Part shown: in pieces, positions 26,629 through 42,500 of the stretch | Position numbering within the stretch: the first letter of the stretch is position 1 | Layout of the letters: each line of letters starts with the position of its first letter | NCBI RefSeq assembly: GCF_009914755.1 | Contig: NC_060927.1 | DNA from: the human T2T-CHM13v2.0 reference genome, Homo sapiens | DNA length: 64,000 nucleotides | Direction: 5' to 3' (one strand) | Position numbers and translations under genes: made by a program | The notes under the pieces: generated by a model | What the model saw: the letters and a program-made list of their open reading frames with translations, nothing else | What the model was told of the DNA's origin: nothing | Database searches by the model: none

Positions 26629-28859
26629 TGATACTTTCCCTTATTGTTCATTTGTTTTGTATTTTTTAGTTGTTGATTTCTGCTATTGTTTATAATTTCC
26701 TTCCTAACAATTTTTCATGTTTAACATACTGTTTGATTCCAAGCTATGTTATTCTTTGATTTCTCCTTTTCTAGTGTATGCAATATAAAAAATATTTTTA
26801 CATTATTATTGCTTTTCTAGGTATTCCTGGTAGGTACATTGGTCTGTCACAGGTATCCCATCATATTTTGAAATAGAAAGTCATTATTACTGCTTTTAAT
26901 TATATTTTTTCAGAACAAAGGATTTGTATGTTAATTGTTAAAATGCTTATATAGTTACAGATATATGCATGTATATGTTTATGCAGTGTATTTTAAGATA
27001 ATTGAATTTGTTGCAATGCTATCAAAAATATATTACTATTAAACTTTTATGTTTTTAAACATATTATTCTCTATTTTGCAGTTTCCATATTATAAAATAT
27101 TTTAGAATATAATTATTGTTTTATAGTATTTCATTTTGCAGTAGTATCATGCATCATTATATTTCCATATTTATAGAAATTTAGATTTTCTCATTTTTTG
27201 TTAGTCTAATTTTTTTCTCCTATTTGCATATCTATATCTCTTTGTTAAAATCATAAATTGTTTCCCTAAGGCAGTCTCAGAAAATTATAATTACCAGGTC
27301 AAAATGAGTAACTTCTTAAAGACAACAAGAGATGCTTCAAGAAGACAAAATATTTTTACTTCTATTTAAAGATGAGTAAACTAAGGCTTGGAAGAGTAGA
27401 TAATGCTGGAAATTAAAACCTGTTAACTGTCAGAGGTAACATTAAAGTATAGTTCACTGCACCTTCTTGTAGAATTTGGTACCTTCTTACTGAGGCACTT
27501 TTATGCAATTTTATGTTATAAGAAAACAAAATTCATCCAGTAGAAACATTGTATAGACCACAGTGAAAGTCAAATCAGAAAGAAAAACATTAGGCATTGT
27601 GGTATTAAATTACTGATGTCGATTATTTTTTTCCAGGACTACAGGGAGAAAAAAATCTTACCACAAGAATCGGCTGCTCTGCCTTCCAGTTCACTTTCAA
27701 ACCCTTTCAAATACATCAATATCTTCCTGACCATATCAATATTATTTTTAGAAGTTAGACAATGAACTTGAATTTTCTGCAGATGGCAAGTCATTTACTG
27801 AAATGGAAAAAAAGTATGAATCCCAAGGGATATCATGACCCATTAACAGTGGGATGTAGTCCTACATTGAATAATAATTTAGAGCTATTACTAAGATAAT
27901 TAGAGAGCCAGTTTGCTGCCAGAAGGGTTAGACCTTAGCTTCTCCTTTTATTAAAAAGAAGATCCTGATCTGTAAATGAAAAGAACCCAAAGTTCATTAA
28001 TACCATAACCCCAACATCTGCCTGCCATAAAAAGATAATGATTTAGTATAAATTAATTTCAACTCTTCAGGTGCTGCAGATTTTATCAGACAATTACATC
28101 ACTGGCATTCATTCTCCATTGTATTACTTTCAACTTAAAGTTAAATGTTCCCTAATATTTGTTCAACAATGGATACTAGCGAAAAGACATTTTAGGAAAA
28201 TTATTTTTCTCTAACTTCTATTGAAAAAGAGTTTTTACACACACTGTTTCTTTCAGTTTTCACTGTGTTGCCTTTAAAAGATCGGTGTGAACTTCCAGAC
28301 AAAGCCAATGTGTTGGATAAAAACAAAAACGACACTGAGACCTTGTCAAAGAGATTCATATGGTTCACTTCACCAAGACTTCCCCTTACTATTTAAAGAT
28401 TAATAAGGACAAATTTTCCTTCATATTTCCATCTATGTTCTCCCCAAAACTGATTTTTGCTTCCTCAAGCAAAGCTTCACTAAGAAGCAACTAACTGCAT
28501 GCCATTACCTAGCACAAAGAAAGGAGAGAACTAATGATGTTAGCCATGGCCTCTCTCCCCTCCCCGTTGTCCTATGTCTCTTATATACACTTTATTGTAG
28601 ATAGAGCAACCTGGATACCTCAGTTCTCTTTCTAGGTAGGAGAAGATGTTAATAGCAAGATGGAATTGAAACCCTATCTTGTTCTTTCTTTTTTTGATTG
28701 ATATTATCAAAACTGATATTTGAATAAACACTCATAATTTCCTTGAGAATATAGTGGTGATATTGATGGTTTCTAACCATATAATTCCCACTTCTAACAA
28801 AATAAACTATGAAGTTTGCTAGAAAAATATCCAAACCAGCAATAAAAAAAAACTGTGGT

Positions 28860-29135
<276 letters not shown>

Positions 29136-30700
29136 AAAATGTAGTTTTAATTCAAGCTCTTCAATTGTGTTCCCTGACCTTCAGCAGGCAGTTACTGTCT
29201 CTGGAAATTATTTTCCCTTTCTGCAAATAGAGCACTTGAATTAGTAGACCTCTAAATTTATTTTCAGCTCTATAAGTCTAAGAATCATTATTAAAAGATA
29301 CCAAATGTTTACTAGTTATACATAACTCTGTATGAATCTCTCTTCTGTAGTAAATGTGGGCATGAATTTTGATTGAAATAGCAATGCCCAGTGTGCTGAT
29401 GGTATAAGCAATTGTTATTGAGATAACAAATTAAACAAAATATTTCAAATGAATAAAATATTTCAAATGAAAGTATTTGAAGAATATGCAAAATAGAGTC
29501 ATTATACTTTCAAAATCTGACAAATTCCTGGTTACTGAGTGAAGTTAACCAACCCAGGAATCGCGTTTCATAAAATAAAGTTTTAAATTAAGTTTCCCAA
29601 AGCATTTAGTACAAGTAAATTCATGTATTTGACAAAAATATTTTCCCCTTGCCATTTAGATATGATTAAGAAACTATTCTGGACAGTTCTAATTCAAGAT
29701 GACTTAGTGTTATAATTCAACTACCAGATTGTGAAAAATTATTGTTTATCTGCATTTTGTACAAATACAGTTTATGATTCAATTATATTTCATAAGCAAA
29801 AATGCATTGTAAAATTTATTCTTAAAATTAATAACATTTAACACAGACTTTTGGAGCAATTTCACGGTTTAGAAGGAGAGTAAGTCCATAATGACTTCAA
29901 GCTGATAACTGAAACGCAATTTCGGAAAGTATTCACAGCAGATAAGTGGTATATTTACACTGAAGAGCCCCAAATTGGTATGTTTTCCTTCCACATTCCA
30001 TAACTCTTCCTATCGCATATTATAATACTGGTCATTCATATGTACTTTATAATATTTATTAATTTATTTGTACTGGAAGCAGGGATAGCTCCTTGGTAGC
30101 TTACTCTTTAATAAAACTTTCATATGAAAGGCAAAACGTGGTTATTTGTATTATGTATCTAGCCACTGATTAGTTTCCTAGACGTAGTTATGAACTTGGT
30201 GATAATCACTTCAATTATTTGCATTATCTTTAGTACCGCGTCCCATCCTGAGAAAAATTCATGTTTTCTATAGGTGATCCGAGACACCAATATGCTTGTT
30301 TTAATCTTTGAAATTTGAATACTGGAAGTAGGGAGTTAATTTAGCTGATGAAAGGGGTAGAGAGGGGACAATACAAAATATTTTACCAAAGGGCATCTTT
30401 AAGACACCCTGAAACTTTACTTGTGTCAGAAATAACTTGATCTCTTTGGCAACTTTAAATTATAACCCAAGTACAGGAGCAACTTGATTTGTAATTGCCT
30501 TGTGTGTAGTGGTAATACTCTTCAGCGTAGACTATCACAGGCATTAGTTGACTGGTCATTGTGAACTTCATATTATAAAGGTCTCCTCTAGATAGTCCCA
30601 TGTCATAAATGATTTTTTTAGCTAAATTATACAACTAACCAACAAAATAGCAATAAATAAAAGAGGATTACATATTGGCATCATAAAAACATTAACAATA

Positions 30701-31369
<669 letters not shown>

Positions 31370-32050
31370 TACTTTTGTTTTAAAACATTCCATGCTATCC
31401 ACTGTATTCTGTATTTTCTAAAGAAAAGCTCTAATTCTCAGAACAACAGAACAACTCTCAAAAGAGGTTCTCTTACCCTGTGTTACCAACTTGGAAGTTT
31501 AGTTTTAGGATTTTTTTTTAAATTATTAGCCAAAAGGCCAATAAGACAAAAATGTGTGTGATCCAAGATATTTATAAAATTCAAAGCCTGTACTTGATCC
31601 AACAAACCCTATTGACAGTATCATTCTGCTTCATTCAGTCTCTGACAGTAACTGTTGCTTGAAACTGATGTGATGAAATGGAGGAATAGGGTAAGGATGT
31701 CTTATCGCATGTTCTGAATCATCTCAAAATTTATTCACAAATATGCTATAATAAAAACTCTGATATAAAACTTGACTAAAACTTTTTATTTTTATATATG
31801 TGCTATCCTATACCAATGACCCTCCCTCTCAGTATACACATACACATATCACTAACACCGATAAATGAAAACATAACAGATATCAAAAATTTACTGAATG
31901 TTACTATAGGGTTAGACCTTAGCTTCTTTATGTATGGAAAAGCAGATTCTTGTCTGTAAATGAAAAAAATCCAACGTTAATTAATATCATAACCCCAAAA
32001 TTTCTGCCTGCCATAAAAAGATAGTTAAGTAAACATATCTGTTCAAAAGT

Positions 32051-32420
32051 TATGGTAGGACTTACCAAGTCACAATATTTGGTTTTCCTCTCCTTTCAGG
32101 TATCTGGAGAATTACTTTTCTCTGTTCCTTTGAGTGTAAGAGTAAAAGTATGGGCATATGACTAATCCTGGTCCCTAAAATCTGGGTAGAAGTTGTATGT
32201 GGCATTTTTCAGGAAATACTTTTAGTTACCAGTACCAGTTTAGTTCAATTCTCCATTTTTTTCTTCTGCCTCTGCAAACCCTAAAGCCTCACAGTAGGAT
32301 GGTAATATCACAAGATGGCGACTACTCTCTTCCTTTAGAAGTCTGAGCATCTATAATGAGCAGAGTTCTTCTGGTGACATGTGGAATGAGCCAGAAATAC
32401 GAGTTCATATATGAAATTTT
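32051..32420 (+). mobile_element. MLT1I/J-like LTR
   Basis: 'tatggtagg...ggcatatgactaatcctgg...tcacaagatgg...gagcagag...gagccagaaata'. Confidence 0.6.
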
Positions 32421-34378
32421 TATGTGCAATATGTAATATAATTTCAAAGAGATATATAGCTTGCAACAGTCCAGTGTGGGCTGTGAACATATACCTTTGG
32501 TACTGTATATTTATACTCCTCTGCCTGAGTAATCCTGCATTACAACAAAATGGTTATAGCTTTATACTGTCCAATTCTGCTCCTCATTCAACCACGTTCA
32601 AGTCTACAGAATACACTAAAAAAATCTCTAGGGGATTTTTCTGTTCAAACAATATTTTTACTCCTAAATGGAACCAGATGGAATAAGATGTCTCGAATAC
32701 TGACCCATATCAATCTAAAAAATTAAAATACAAAAAAAAAACAAAAGGCAGAGTTGATCCAGCATGTATTTATTGATCCAGAGATAACTTCAGATTACTA
32801 GAACATGAAAGGGAGACCTGAAGAGAGCACATTTTGTCTGTGTGAATTTATTCCCATTTGTGTTCAATTTCTACTCTAGTATTTTTCCATGATAACGTAC
32901 TGTGAGTCATCTTTTTATAACCAAGAAAATATTTCTTGCTTTTAGCAGCTTAAGGAAAAAAAGCAGTTTAGAAATTATTCCAAACTCCACATCTTTGAAG
33001 AAACAACTTTTTTGTTGCCTTAGACATTATTTTATCATTGGGAACTCCACAAAAACTCATAGCTCTGGATATTGGACAGATGTTTGGTGGGAGAATTAAG
33101 TTTAGAGTACAAAAGATGATTTGTGCATAAAATTAGTTTTTATTGTTTATAAAATACATGCATATTTATGTAATCATTTATACCTTTCATCAGTTACTTT
33201 TCCAATGTCACATATTTACAACTTTAAGCAACATTATTTAATTGTGATGATATAAGACAACTTTCACTTTCCTTATCAAATTAAGCATGATGACAGTGTA
33301 TTTCTCTCAAAATGTCATAACAAATTACTGCATTATTTGTAATATGTAAGTACTGCATATTTGTAAGTTCTTACAAATCTAATATATTTAATTGCTTTCA
33401 TACATATGTGAACTTTTTGTCATTAAAATGGTTAAAACTCCAGAGAAGTAAAAATATTACCCAAAAATGATAGTAAAGTAACATGAGCTGTGGTCGAGAC
33501 ATTTAAAGGGAGTTAAGTGAACATGCACAAATCAAAGATGGGATATAATAACTATCTCTAAAGTACAGATAATCAAACCATTAAAATAATTCTTTGTACA
33601 TTTTATGTTTACTCTTACAATGGTCAGAGCTGTTTCACATTCAACCTTTTAAATGATTTCTTAAAGCTAGATGACTGTGTTGAAGAAAAAAATCTAGATT
33701 CAAATCCAGTTGCAGTCTACTGTATTCACTTCTTTAAATGATGTCAACACAAGTAATATAACCTCATTATTATGCAGAAGAAAGTCATCCCAAGATCAAA
33801 GAATGAGAGCTGATACAAATTATGATTAACATGCGATAGCTGTTTAAGTGTTCAGTGACTTCAGTTCATTTTATGTGATCATTCATTTAATTATCCTCTG
33901 TTGTCTGCTTCCATAGGTGACGAATTCCAGTTATGAAATGCAGTCTCTATGGAGTTGCCAATTCTTCTGTTTTGTTACTGTCTTTTGGGCTCAAGTCATT
34001 AAAATTGTGTAATTCTATGCCTTTAAAAGTATGAAGATATTTTTATTTATATAAATTAAGTTATACAAAAACTGGACAAGTTGATAATTATTTACTATCT
34101 CTTTGTCAAGTTTAATTTTATTTTTCTCATGTCTCAAGCTATTTCTCTTTTTCTTTTCTAAGGCTTTGTTAAAATTAGAAGCTGGGAAAAATAATTTTCA
34201 GTTGGCCTTTGGAAGTATATAATGTGAAAAATTTATCTTCTTAATTGAATTGCACACTTATGATATGTGTGCTTTTCTGTTTCTACATTTCATTTTAAAA
34301 GTTAAAAGAAATGTAACCTTAATAGAGTAGTTTCAAGTATATCTACATATAAGGATTATCTGTGCTTTTTCAAAATTC

Positions 34379-34521
34379 GAGACAGAGTCTTGCTCTATTG
34401 CCCAGGCTGGAGTGCAGTGGCACTATTATAACACACTGCAGGCTTGAACTCCTGGGCCCAGGTGATCCTCTGGCCCCAGCTTTCCAAAGTGCTGGGATTA
34501 CAGGCGTGAGCCACCATGCCT
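34379..34521 (-). mobile_element. Alu monomer (FLAM/AluJ-type)
   Basis: Single arm 'gagacagagtcttgctc...gaactcctggg...gagccaccatgcc'. Confidence 0.85.
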
Positions 34522-34574
34522 CATTCTAGTTGTACATTTTTGCTTTATTTTATTTTTATACAATTTCCTCGACC

Positions 34575-34685
34575 ATAGTCTGGGAAACTGATTCAGAAGG
34601 TCTAGGGTAGAGTCAGATTATTTGAAATTATTTTTAAGAAGATCTCCAGGTGATTTTGATCACCTCCCAGATTTGAAACAACTCT
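34575..34685. mobile_element. MER5-type fragment
   Basis: 'ctgattcagaaggtctagggtag...ctccaggtgattttgat'. Confidence 0.6.
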
Positions 34686-37199
34686 AACACACAGAGATGA
34701 AACAGAGGGAAAAACTTACATACCCACAAACCAGAAGGGTTCAGTAATTAATATGGATCATTTACATTGCAGTTTATTGATTTGATTATTGCATTTCTCA
34801 ATAAATAAAAAGTCATGCCAATGAGGTAACTATGAGCAGAACAAATGAATTGTGGGGTGCATGTATAATGGAATACACTATTCCATCAATATTGAATGAA
34901 CTAGATGGAAACTGAATGGATCTCACCAATATATTTAGCAAACAGAAAAAAAATTGCAGAAACATATATATAGTGTGATACGTGTAAACAGAAGTTGAAG
35001 GGCAAAATATACCATATATTACTTAAGTATATATCAATGAACACACAGGAATTTTAAAAATACCAAATTCAATATAGTCTTTACCTCTGGTGGAGAGAAG
35101 AGGAGAGATACTCAAGATCAACCTTGGTAATGTTGATTTCTTTTTTTAGTGGTGAGGGTAAAATTTTTTTGTTTTAATAGGAGCCTTACTACCATTTGTA
35201 TCTGAAATATTTCATAAGAAATAAAGTTTGTTGGTTATGGAAATAGCCTGATTTTCATTTTCATACATGCAGAGGAGAGTAAAGGGAGCAGGCGTTTTAT
35301 GTATCTTCAATACAATAAGTTTAAAATGTCAGAAATCTGTTGACTCGTTTTTGAAAGAATTGAGAAAATAAAAGGTAGAAAGTAGTGAAGAAAGTTTCTC
35401 TAAGATTGCCTTAAATGCCTTGAATTGTCTCTCATCTCATGGATGCCATGAGGGAGGTTTACTCATTTAAAATAGTAAGTGAGGCATGCAAAATAAAGGA
35501 AAAAGTTCTGTATCTATGTTCTTTATTAGTTTCCAATGTCATCATTTACTTTGTTAAATTAATTCACGTTACTTTAGTCTAAAAACCACTAATGAAAAAA
35601 TCCATTTGGATTCATAGATTAGGCATGTGACAGGTAAGATTTGAACTTACATGTACCATGCTTCCCTTCCATCCTCAATATTTTTTTTAAAAAGCACACA
35701 AATGCATGAGAGTGGTTGCAGATTACTTTCTGAAAGGAAGGAAGCTTTTGTTCTTCATTTTGATTTTAGAGGAGTTATTTAAAAGCCCAGTTATACTCTT
35801 TACTTGCAAACATTTTTGGCTATTTGTGAAAGTTCACCTCCAAGGAAATCTAATCAGCCAGACAAGTTATTGTTTCATTTTAGCCTGAAAAAAAAAATCA
35901 CACATATATAAAATTACACACACACACACACTTTTATTTTAAAGATAGGAGGTCTAAAGAATATAAAATATGGCAATGTGTTTCTAATGTGTTTGAAATG
36001 ATCATAGCAAATAGTGAATTGCCACTAAATTATCAACAAATTATTTGCATTTGACTTTTGCGTCAGTTTCTAATTATCATATAACTTGAAACATAAACAT
36101 TGGTTAATACTCTTTTGCAGACATATATGATCTTTTAATGGAATTTAATCATTTAATTATACTACTCATGTAATATTTTTAATTCATTAAAAATATTGCT
36201 ATAAAAATACTATGTTTTATAAATGAATGGTAAGATTTGAAGAAACAAGTTTGAATGTTATCACTTTTTTCATGGTTAAAAAAGGAGACTGTTTTTTTCT
36301 TTTATAATATACCCAGAAGCCCAATTGCCAAGGTAGTTTTATGTACTTTTCCACAGATGAAGACACTTACACATTAATCTACACTCTAAAACATGGTAGG
36401 TGCCTCAAATGCTAAAGAAACATCCAGTTTAACTGTGAGGCTGACGCCTCAGATGTACCAGAGGATTTTGTCATTTAAATACGAAAATTCATAGATCTTT
36501 TTATATTTATAGCAGCATTGTCAGAGCTTATCAAAAATGAGCTGACTTACAAACTATCAATGGATTTAACAGTATGATCTAATATTCATAACATCAGAGA
36601 CAGTATAAGTTGAGAGACAGATTTTATCTTTTTATTGTTAAAGATGTGTTTTTTAACTTTTCCTAGTAGATTTTGTCTTTTCATCTCATAACTGCTCTAA
36701 CGAAAGGATCATGCCACCAATTTTAGTATATTCCATTATTCATGTAAAATCACAGCCAGTTCAATATCCAGAGAAGAAACTAGTTAGGAAAGTTTAATAT
36801 TACCCATGTTCTTCTCTATGAGATTCATATTAAAGTTTTAATTTTGATTTTGATCTTTGCCCAAAACATTGTTTATTGTACATAACAGTCTGCTTGTGTA
36901 TAATTAAAAAGTTGTTAAAGGTGTTAAATAAAGATAATTGAGATGAGAATGTAAATCCCTTGCGAAAAATATTCCTCTATTCCAAAAACACTGTAAGAAA
37001 TATATATTTTAGCATAATTCATTGACTATATTCCTATACTAAATTACTAGGGTCAGAATTTCTAGAACAAAGAGTTATCCAATTTAAATTGTTACCAAAT
37101 TTAAACATAGAAGATTAAAATTAGTGGAGCCAGCTACACAGTTGGGTGTGTTCCAGGATCCTTATATTCGTGTGTATTTTTTGTTTTTATAGAAAGAAA

Positions 37200-38085
37200 T
37201 ATTTTAAGTTACTTTTCATTTTTATTGAAAAATATACACACAACTAAATTTAAATGTTATAATTGCACATCTGGCTATATTTTTGGAAACTTAACATCAT
37301 GTAACCAGCACCACCCACATATCAAGGTTAACACCATCCTGATTTCTAACAGTGAAAGTTAGTTTCTCTGGTTTTGTTCTAATGTAAATAGCGACATAGA
37401 GTTTACGTTGTGTCTGGCCTCTTTTACTCACTGTTATATTTGTAATATTTATGCATGTGTAAATTGTTTATTCTCATTACCATGTGATACTCAATTGAGT
37501 GATTCTGGCACATTTTTTCTATATTGGAATATTGGATGGAAATTTGGGTAGTTATCAGTTTAGGCTATTTTGAAGAGTGCTACTATGAATATTCTACTCA
37601 TCTTTGGGTGAAATATGCTTTCATTTCCATTCAGCATTTACATGGGAAAGGTATTGATGGATTACAGAGTCTGTATGTGTTCAGCTTTAGTGCATGCTGG
37701 CAAAAGGTTTTCTAAAGGCGTTTTAGTGATTTACAGCGTCATCTACAATGTATAAGTGTTTCAATTGCTCCATATCCTAGTTCTGTTTCTGTTTTATTTT
37801 GTTTTCAGGTTAGACATTTTGCTAAATATGTAGTGGTACCCGATTGTGATTTCAATTTACATTTTCTTGATTACCAATAAAGCTGAGCATCTCTTCAAAT
37901 GTGCATTGGTCATTTGGTTATCACCTAGTTTAAAGAATTTGTTCGTATTCTATGGAGTTGTCCTTTTCTTAGCGGTTCATAGAAGTCCTCAATATATTCA
38001 AAATATGAGTCACACATTGGGAAGTTATATCACAAATATTTTCTCCCACTTGTATTATATTTTCAGACTCCTAATGATATCTTAT
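37200..38085 (-). mobile_element. L1ME 3' fragment
   Basis: Antisense L1 3'UTR and ORF2 end, e.g. 'gctgagcatctcttcaaatgtgcattggtcattt'. Confidence 0.7.
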
Positions 38086-38725
38086 TTAGATAGGTCACAA
38101 AAACATGAAACATAAAAGTAAAAATCAGTAAACTGGAGTTAATTTAAATTAACTACTTTTCAAAAACAGTCTTAATATCACAGAAAAGCAAGCCACAGAT
38201 TGGGAGGGGGAAAATATTTGCTGTACATATATCCAATAAAAGAATTGTTTTTGGAATATGTAAAGTACTACAAACTCAAAAATAAGCAAATGACTGAAAA
38301 ACAATGACAAGAGTTTGGTGAAGACACTTTACAAAAGACATCTTAATATGGGGCATATAATGAATAACAAGATGCTCAACATCATTAGTTTTCAAAGAAG
38401 TGAAAACTAAACCAAAATGAGATACCAACATACACCAATAAGAATGACTAAAATTAGAAAGACTGATAATACGAAGTGATGGCAAAAAATGCACAGCAAC
38501 TTTGCATTCATATATTGTTACTATGAATGCGAAGTACTATAGGCACATTAGAAAACAGTGTGGAATTTCTTATAAATTTAGACGTACATTTACTACCTGA
38601 GCCACCAGTCTCACTCCTAGATATTTACACAAAAGAAATGAAAAATTATACCCACACAAAAACTTGCCCATAAATATTCATGGAAATTACATTCACAATT
38701 GCCAAAGACTGCAAAAAACCCAAGG
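38086..38725 (+). mobile_element. L1ME ORF2-end/3'UTR fragment
   Basis: 'caagccacagattgggag...gatgctcaacatcattag...gtctcactcctagatatttac'. Confidence 0.75.
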
Positions 38726-39092
38726 TTTCTCTTTTTCTCTTTTAAAAAGTTTGAGTAAACATCTGGGAATAAAAGTATGATTTTGGTTCTCCTCCATATC
38801 TCAGGCATTTTCTTCCCGTTCTTTTGAGAACAGCCTATCTCAAACTGTTTAGACACAATACTTATGAGAGGTTTAATCTTTCCTACAGAGGTTTTGAACT
38901 TTTCTCTATGGCTCCCACATTGTGTTAAAGATTGGCAAATATTTTGAAAAGGTGACTAGCCATGTGTTTGGGGAAAGTACCATTCCCCCGGCGGAGCTTG
39001 GTTTTCTAAATAATGGGAGACTGTGAGAAATTTCAAGTTCACTTATTAGAAGCCCTCTACATTCTGTGTGACTCAGGTTTCAGAAAATGTAT

Positions 39093-39534
39093 TGTCTTAG
39101 CTCATTTGTGTTACTATCAAGGAATACCAGAGACTGGGCATTTGCAAAGAAAACAGGTTGATTTGGCTCACAGTTCTACAGGATGTACAAGAAGAATGGT
39201 GCCAGCATCTGCTTCTGGTGGGCAATTAAGCTACCTCCACTCAAGGCAGAAGGCAAAGTGGAGCTAGAATGTGCTGAAATCACATGGTTAGAGAGAAAGT
39301 AAGAGAGTAAGAGGGGAGATGTCAGGCTTTTTTCCACAACCAGCTTGCCAGGGAACTCTTGCAGGAACTAATAGAATGAGAATTCATTCAGTTCCCTCCC
39401 CACAGGGAAGTTATTAATCTATTTATGAGGGATCTGCTCCCATGACCCTGTCACCTCCCATTAGCCACCACTTCCAACACTGAGGATCACATTTCAACAT
39501 GAGGTTTTGCAGGGACAAACATCCAAAGCACGCA
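39093..39534 (-). mobile_element. MSTB solo LTR
   Basis: 'tgtcttagctcatttgtgttactat...cacatttcaacatgag...ggacaaacatccaaa'. Confidence 0.85.
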
Positions 39535-42500
39535 TGTTGTGAAAAAATCAGCCTTGTTTGGAGATCTAATTTTTTTTACATTGTGCCCAATAGACCACAG
39601 AATCGCTAGTTTCTCTTCCTCAAGCCACATTCTTCTTCAAGGGAAAACCTGATTTTTATTCCCAAGATTGGAAATCTGCAAACGATCCTAGGGAGGGAAA
39701 TGACTGGAATTTCCATTATTTAATTCTCTCTGTTTTCACAGATCTCTTATGCTTTAAACAACGTAAATTTTACAATTAATCTGTCTTGTATATCGTCGTG
39801 ATGGGAATATTGTTTGCAGCAACCTACTATTGCTTTTTTAGCATTAGAAGTTTCTTCTATATATTTTTATGTCAATGTTTAGATTTCTAAGAAAAACTTT
39901 GATATATTCTCCAAGTTAAAATACACATATTTTTAAAGTTTCAACAAACTTTTAAGTTTATAATCTGAGAAACAGTCCTAAATTTCAAAAATAAATATCT
40001 GAATTATTTAACATAAAAATTAATCTGATTTTTAATATTGATTTGTCCTTTTGAAATTTGTCATTGGATTTATATTTTTAAATACTTACACAAATGGTCA
40101 CTGTGTTATTTTCTTAGCTACAAGTTGAATCACAGCATTCCCCTTTGGGAAACCTTTGTTTCTTTCTTTTAAAGAATAGAATTTCAATTCCTTTTATGGT
40201 GGTCAATAATTTCCATAAACTTGTCTTAACTACTTTTATAGTAGCTACATCTCCTACTGCATCTATCCATTAATCTGAGTCACTGATTATTCAAACATAT
40301 TCTCTAGGTATCCCTATATACTCTCAAATCTATGCGATTTTACCACTGTAATCTTCTAAGTAGAACACAACAATCAACCTTTCTGCCCATCTAAATCTTA
40401 CTATTTTTCCAAGGGCTAACTCACATAGCCCCTCCTCCATTGAGGATTACTCTAATGAGAAGTATACTCATCTTCCTTTAAATCCTAATCATTGTTCATT
40501 TCTCTTATCACTTAGTTTTTCCTACCCCCTTTTTTTATACTCGCTGGTCTCTAGATCTTTCCCATATAGTAGGAAACTCCTTGAGGAGGAGCCATACCTT
40601 AATCATGTGTATATTTCTTATATACCTGCATGAAAGGTACTAAAATATTTGTTGAATATATGTGACTATTGTTTTTATTACATAAATATGGTTCATTGGT
40701 AGAAAACAGCACTAATATTTTATAGTTAGGATCCATTACCTTAAAATAGACATTTTATCTAGTTGACGTCCTAGCAAATTACCTAATCTTTAAGTACTTA
40801 AAATGTATATTTTAAATTACTAAATCTTGCTTTATTTTCCCTTTAAGAGCAAACTACTAGCTACAATCTTTTCTGAAAGCTTTTCCTACTGTATCTTTTG
40901 GAATAGAGTAACCTTTTGCACAAATCCCAGCTCAGCACTTGGATAATTTGAATGACGATTTCTCTATTTCAATATATGAAATCAGAGGAGTTTAAGGTGA
41001 AAATTCACTAAGTATATATAGGCATTCCTCAACTTGCAAAATATTTTCATGAACACCTTAATTTTATAAATGATGTGTTGCAAGCTTTTATTCAGACTAC
41101 TTAAATATAAAACACTTATTGCTCAGACTGGGCGTCAATATTGTTCTCTAAGGGGGGAAATAGCAGCAGTTTTTGATTGCAAGAAAATTATAGTCTTTCC
41201 TGTACTGTAAATATCAAAGACATCATAAGGCAGGTAGAAAGTTGTAAAATTTCTCTTTCAGTAGTTGGACAATAAAGAGAAAAATAAATATCATCATGGA
41301 CTTTAATGTGCACAGAAAATAAAATGTTCAATAAAAAATATTAATTATTTCTAGTTTCATGCTTTCTTGTTTACACAGGTAATATATTTCAAAATATTTT
41401 ATTTACCTTTAAAATGAAAATACTAAAAAATGTATGAGAAAAGAATAGAGTAAAGTCAAGATGCTTTAGCTTGGTGGTTCACAGTAGGGAGATTAAAGTA
41501 ATCCCAATATTTTCTTGATTTCTTAAGGTTTAACAAGTCATATTCTTTGACAGTAAATGTTACTAGAAATAAGTAATCCCAACTGGCTGAGGGATATGAG
41601 AAAAAAGTATCAGCTCTATTTGAGATATAAAATGAGAATGCTAGTAATAATAAATCTCTCTCTTTATTTCTCTCTCTCTCTCTTTCTTAGAAAAGGTGTC
41701 TCCTTATTGACTAGAATGGTAAATTTATGTTCCTAAAAATGGCCTTGGTGGCAGCCTAATACCAACTTGCATTTGAAGAATGTTAGAATTGAGATACATA
41801 AAGTGAAGTGATTTGTCCATGGTTATAAAACATATTATCAGAATAAGGATTAGAAGCTGCTTCTAAACAAGATTGGGACCCAAATCTTCTGTTAACAGTT
41901 CTATATACCAACTCACTTTCTTTGATTTTTCATCTGATTAGATCAATTGGAACTTCTTTGTGTGTAAAACATTTTCAAACTTAACAGAAGTCAAAAAACA
42001 TGGTTTTGATTTAGTTTAAACTTTCCAATTAATTTTAATTATTCTTTTTCATACTCAAAATTTCTAGAGCCTGCAAAGCTGACTACCTCCATGCATAAAC
42101 CAAAAATTGAGGTTTCTTACATTTTTAGTAAATATCTTCATTTTATGGAGCATGCTAATTGACAAAAAATTTGGTCATTTGGAAGTAGTACAAGGTTGCT
42201 CTTGGCTGCTCTCATTTGTAGGAATTCCTGATCTGAGTGCTGTATTCTATAAATGATTTCTGGAATTTGGCTTAGATGCTTAGTTCAGTCTGCATGTTCA
42301 GCTACATTTTCTCCTCTCTACTCATCTGCTGCTCATGCCTCCCTACAACTAACTACCTATAGAAACAAAGCCTATGTCTCCAGCCTTCTGTGACACCAAT
42401 AGCTACCACTAGGTCCTCCTATTTCAGGCATATTCCAGGATGATCCTGCCTCTTCTCTCATTTCAGATATCCTGCCTTGTCTATCTTCATGCCTATCAAG

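Noticed and set aside
27924-28040. H/ACA snoRNA reading of the duplicated 115-bp segment
   Set aside because: A 5' hairpin and an ANANNA hinge can be drawn, but there is no convincing second hairpin or ACA box; not called without an Rfam/snoGPS result
32085-32110. Strong-looking splice acceptor 'ttttcctctcctttcag|G'
   Set aside because: Falls inside an MLT1 LTR with no paired donor
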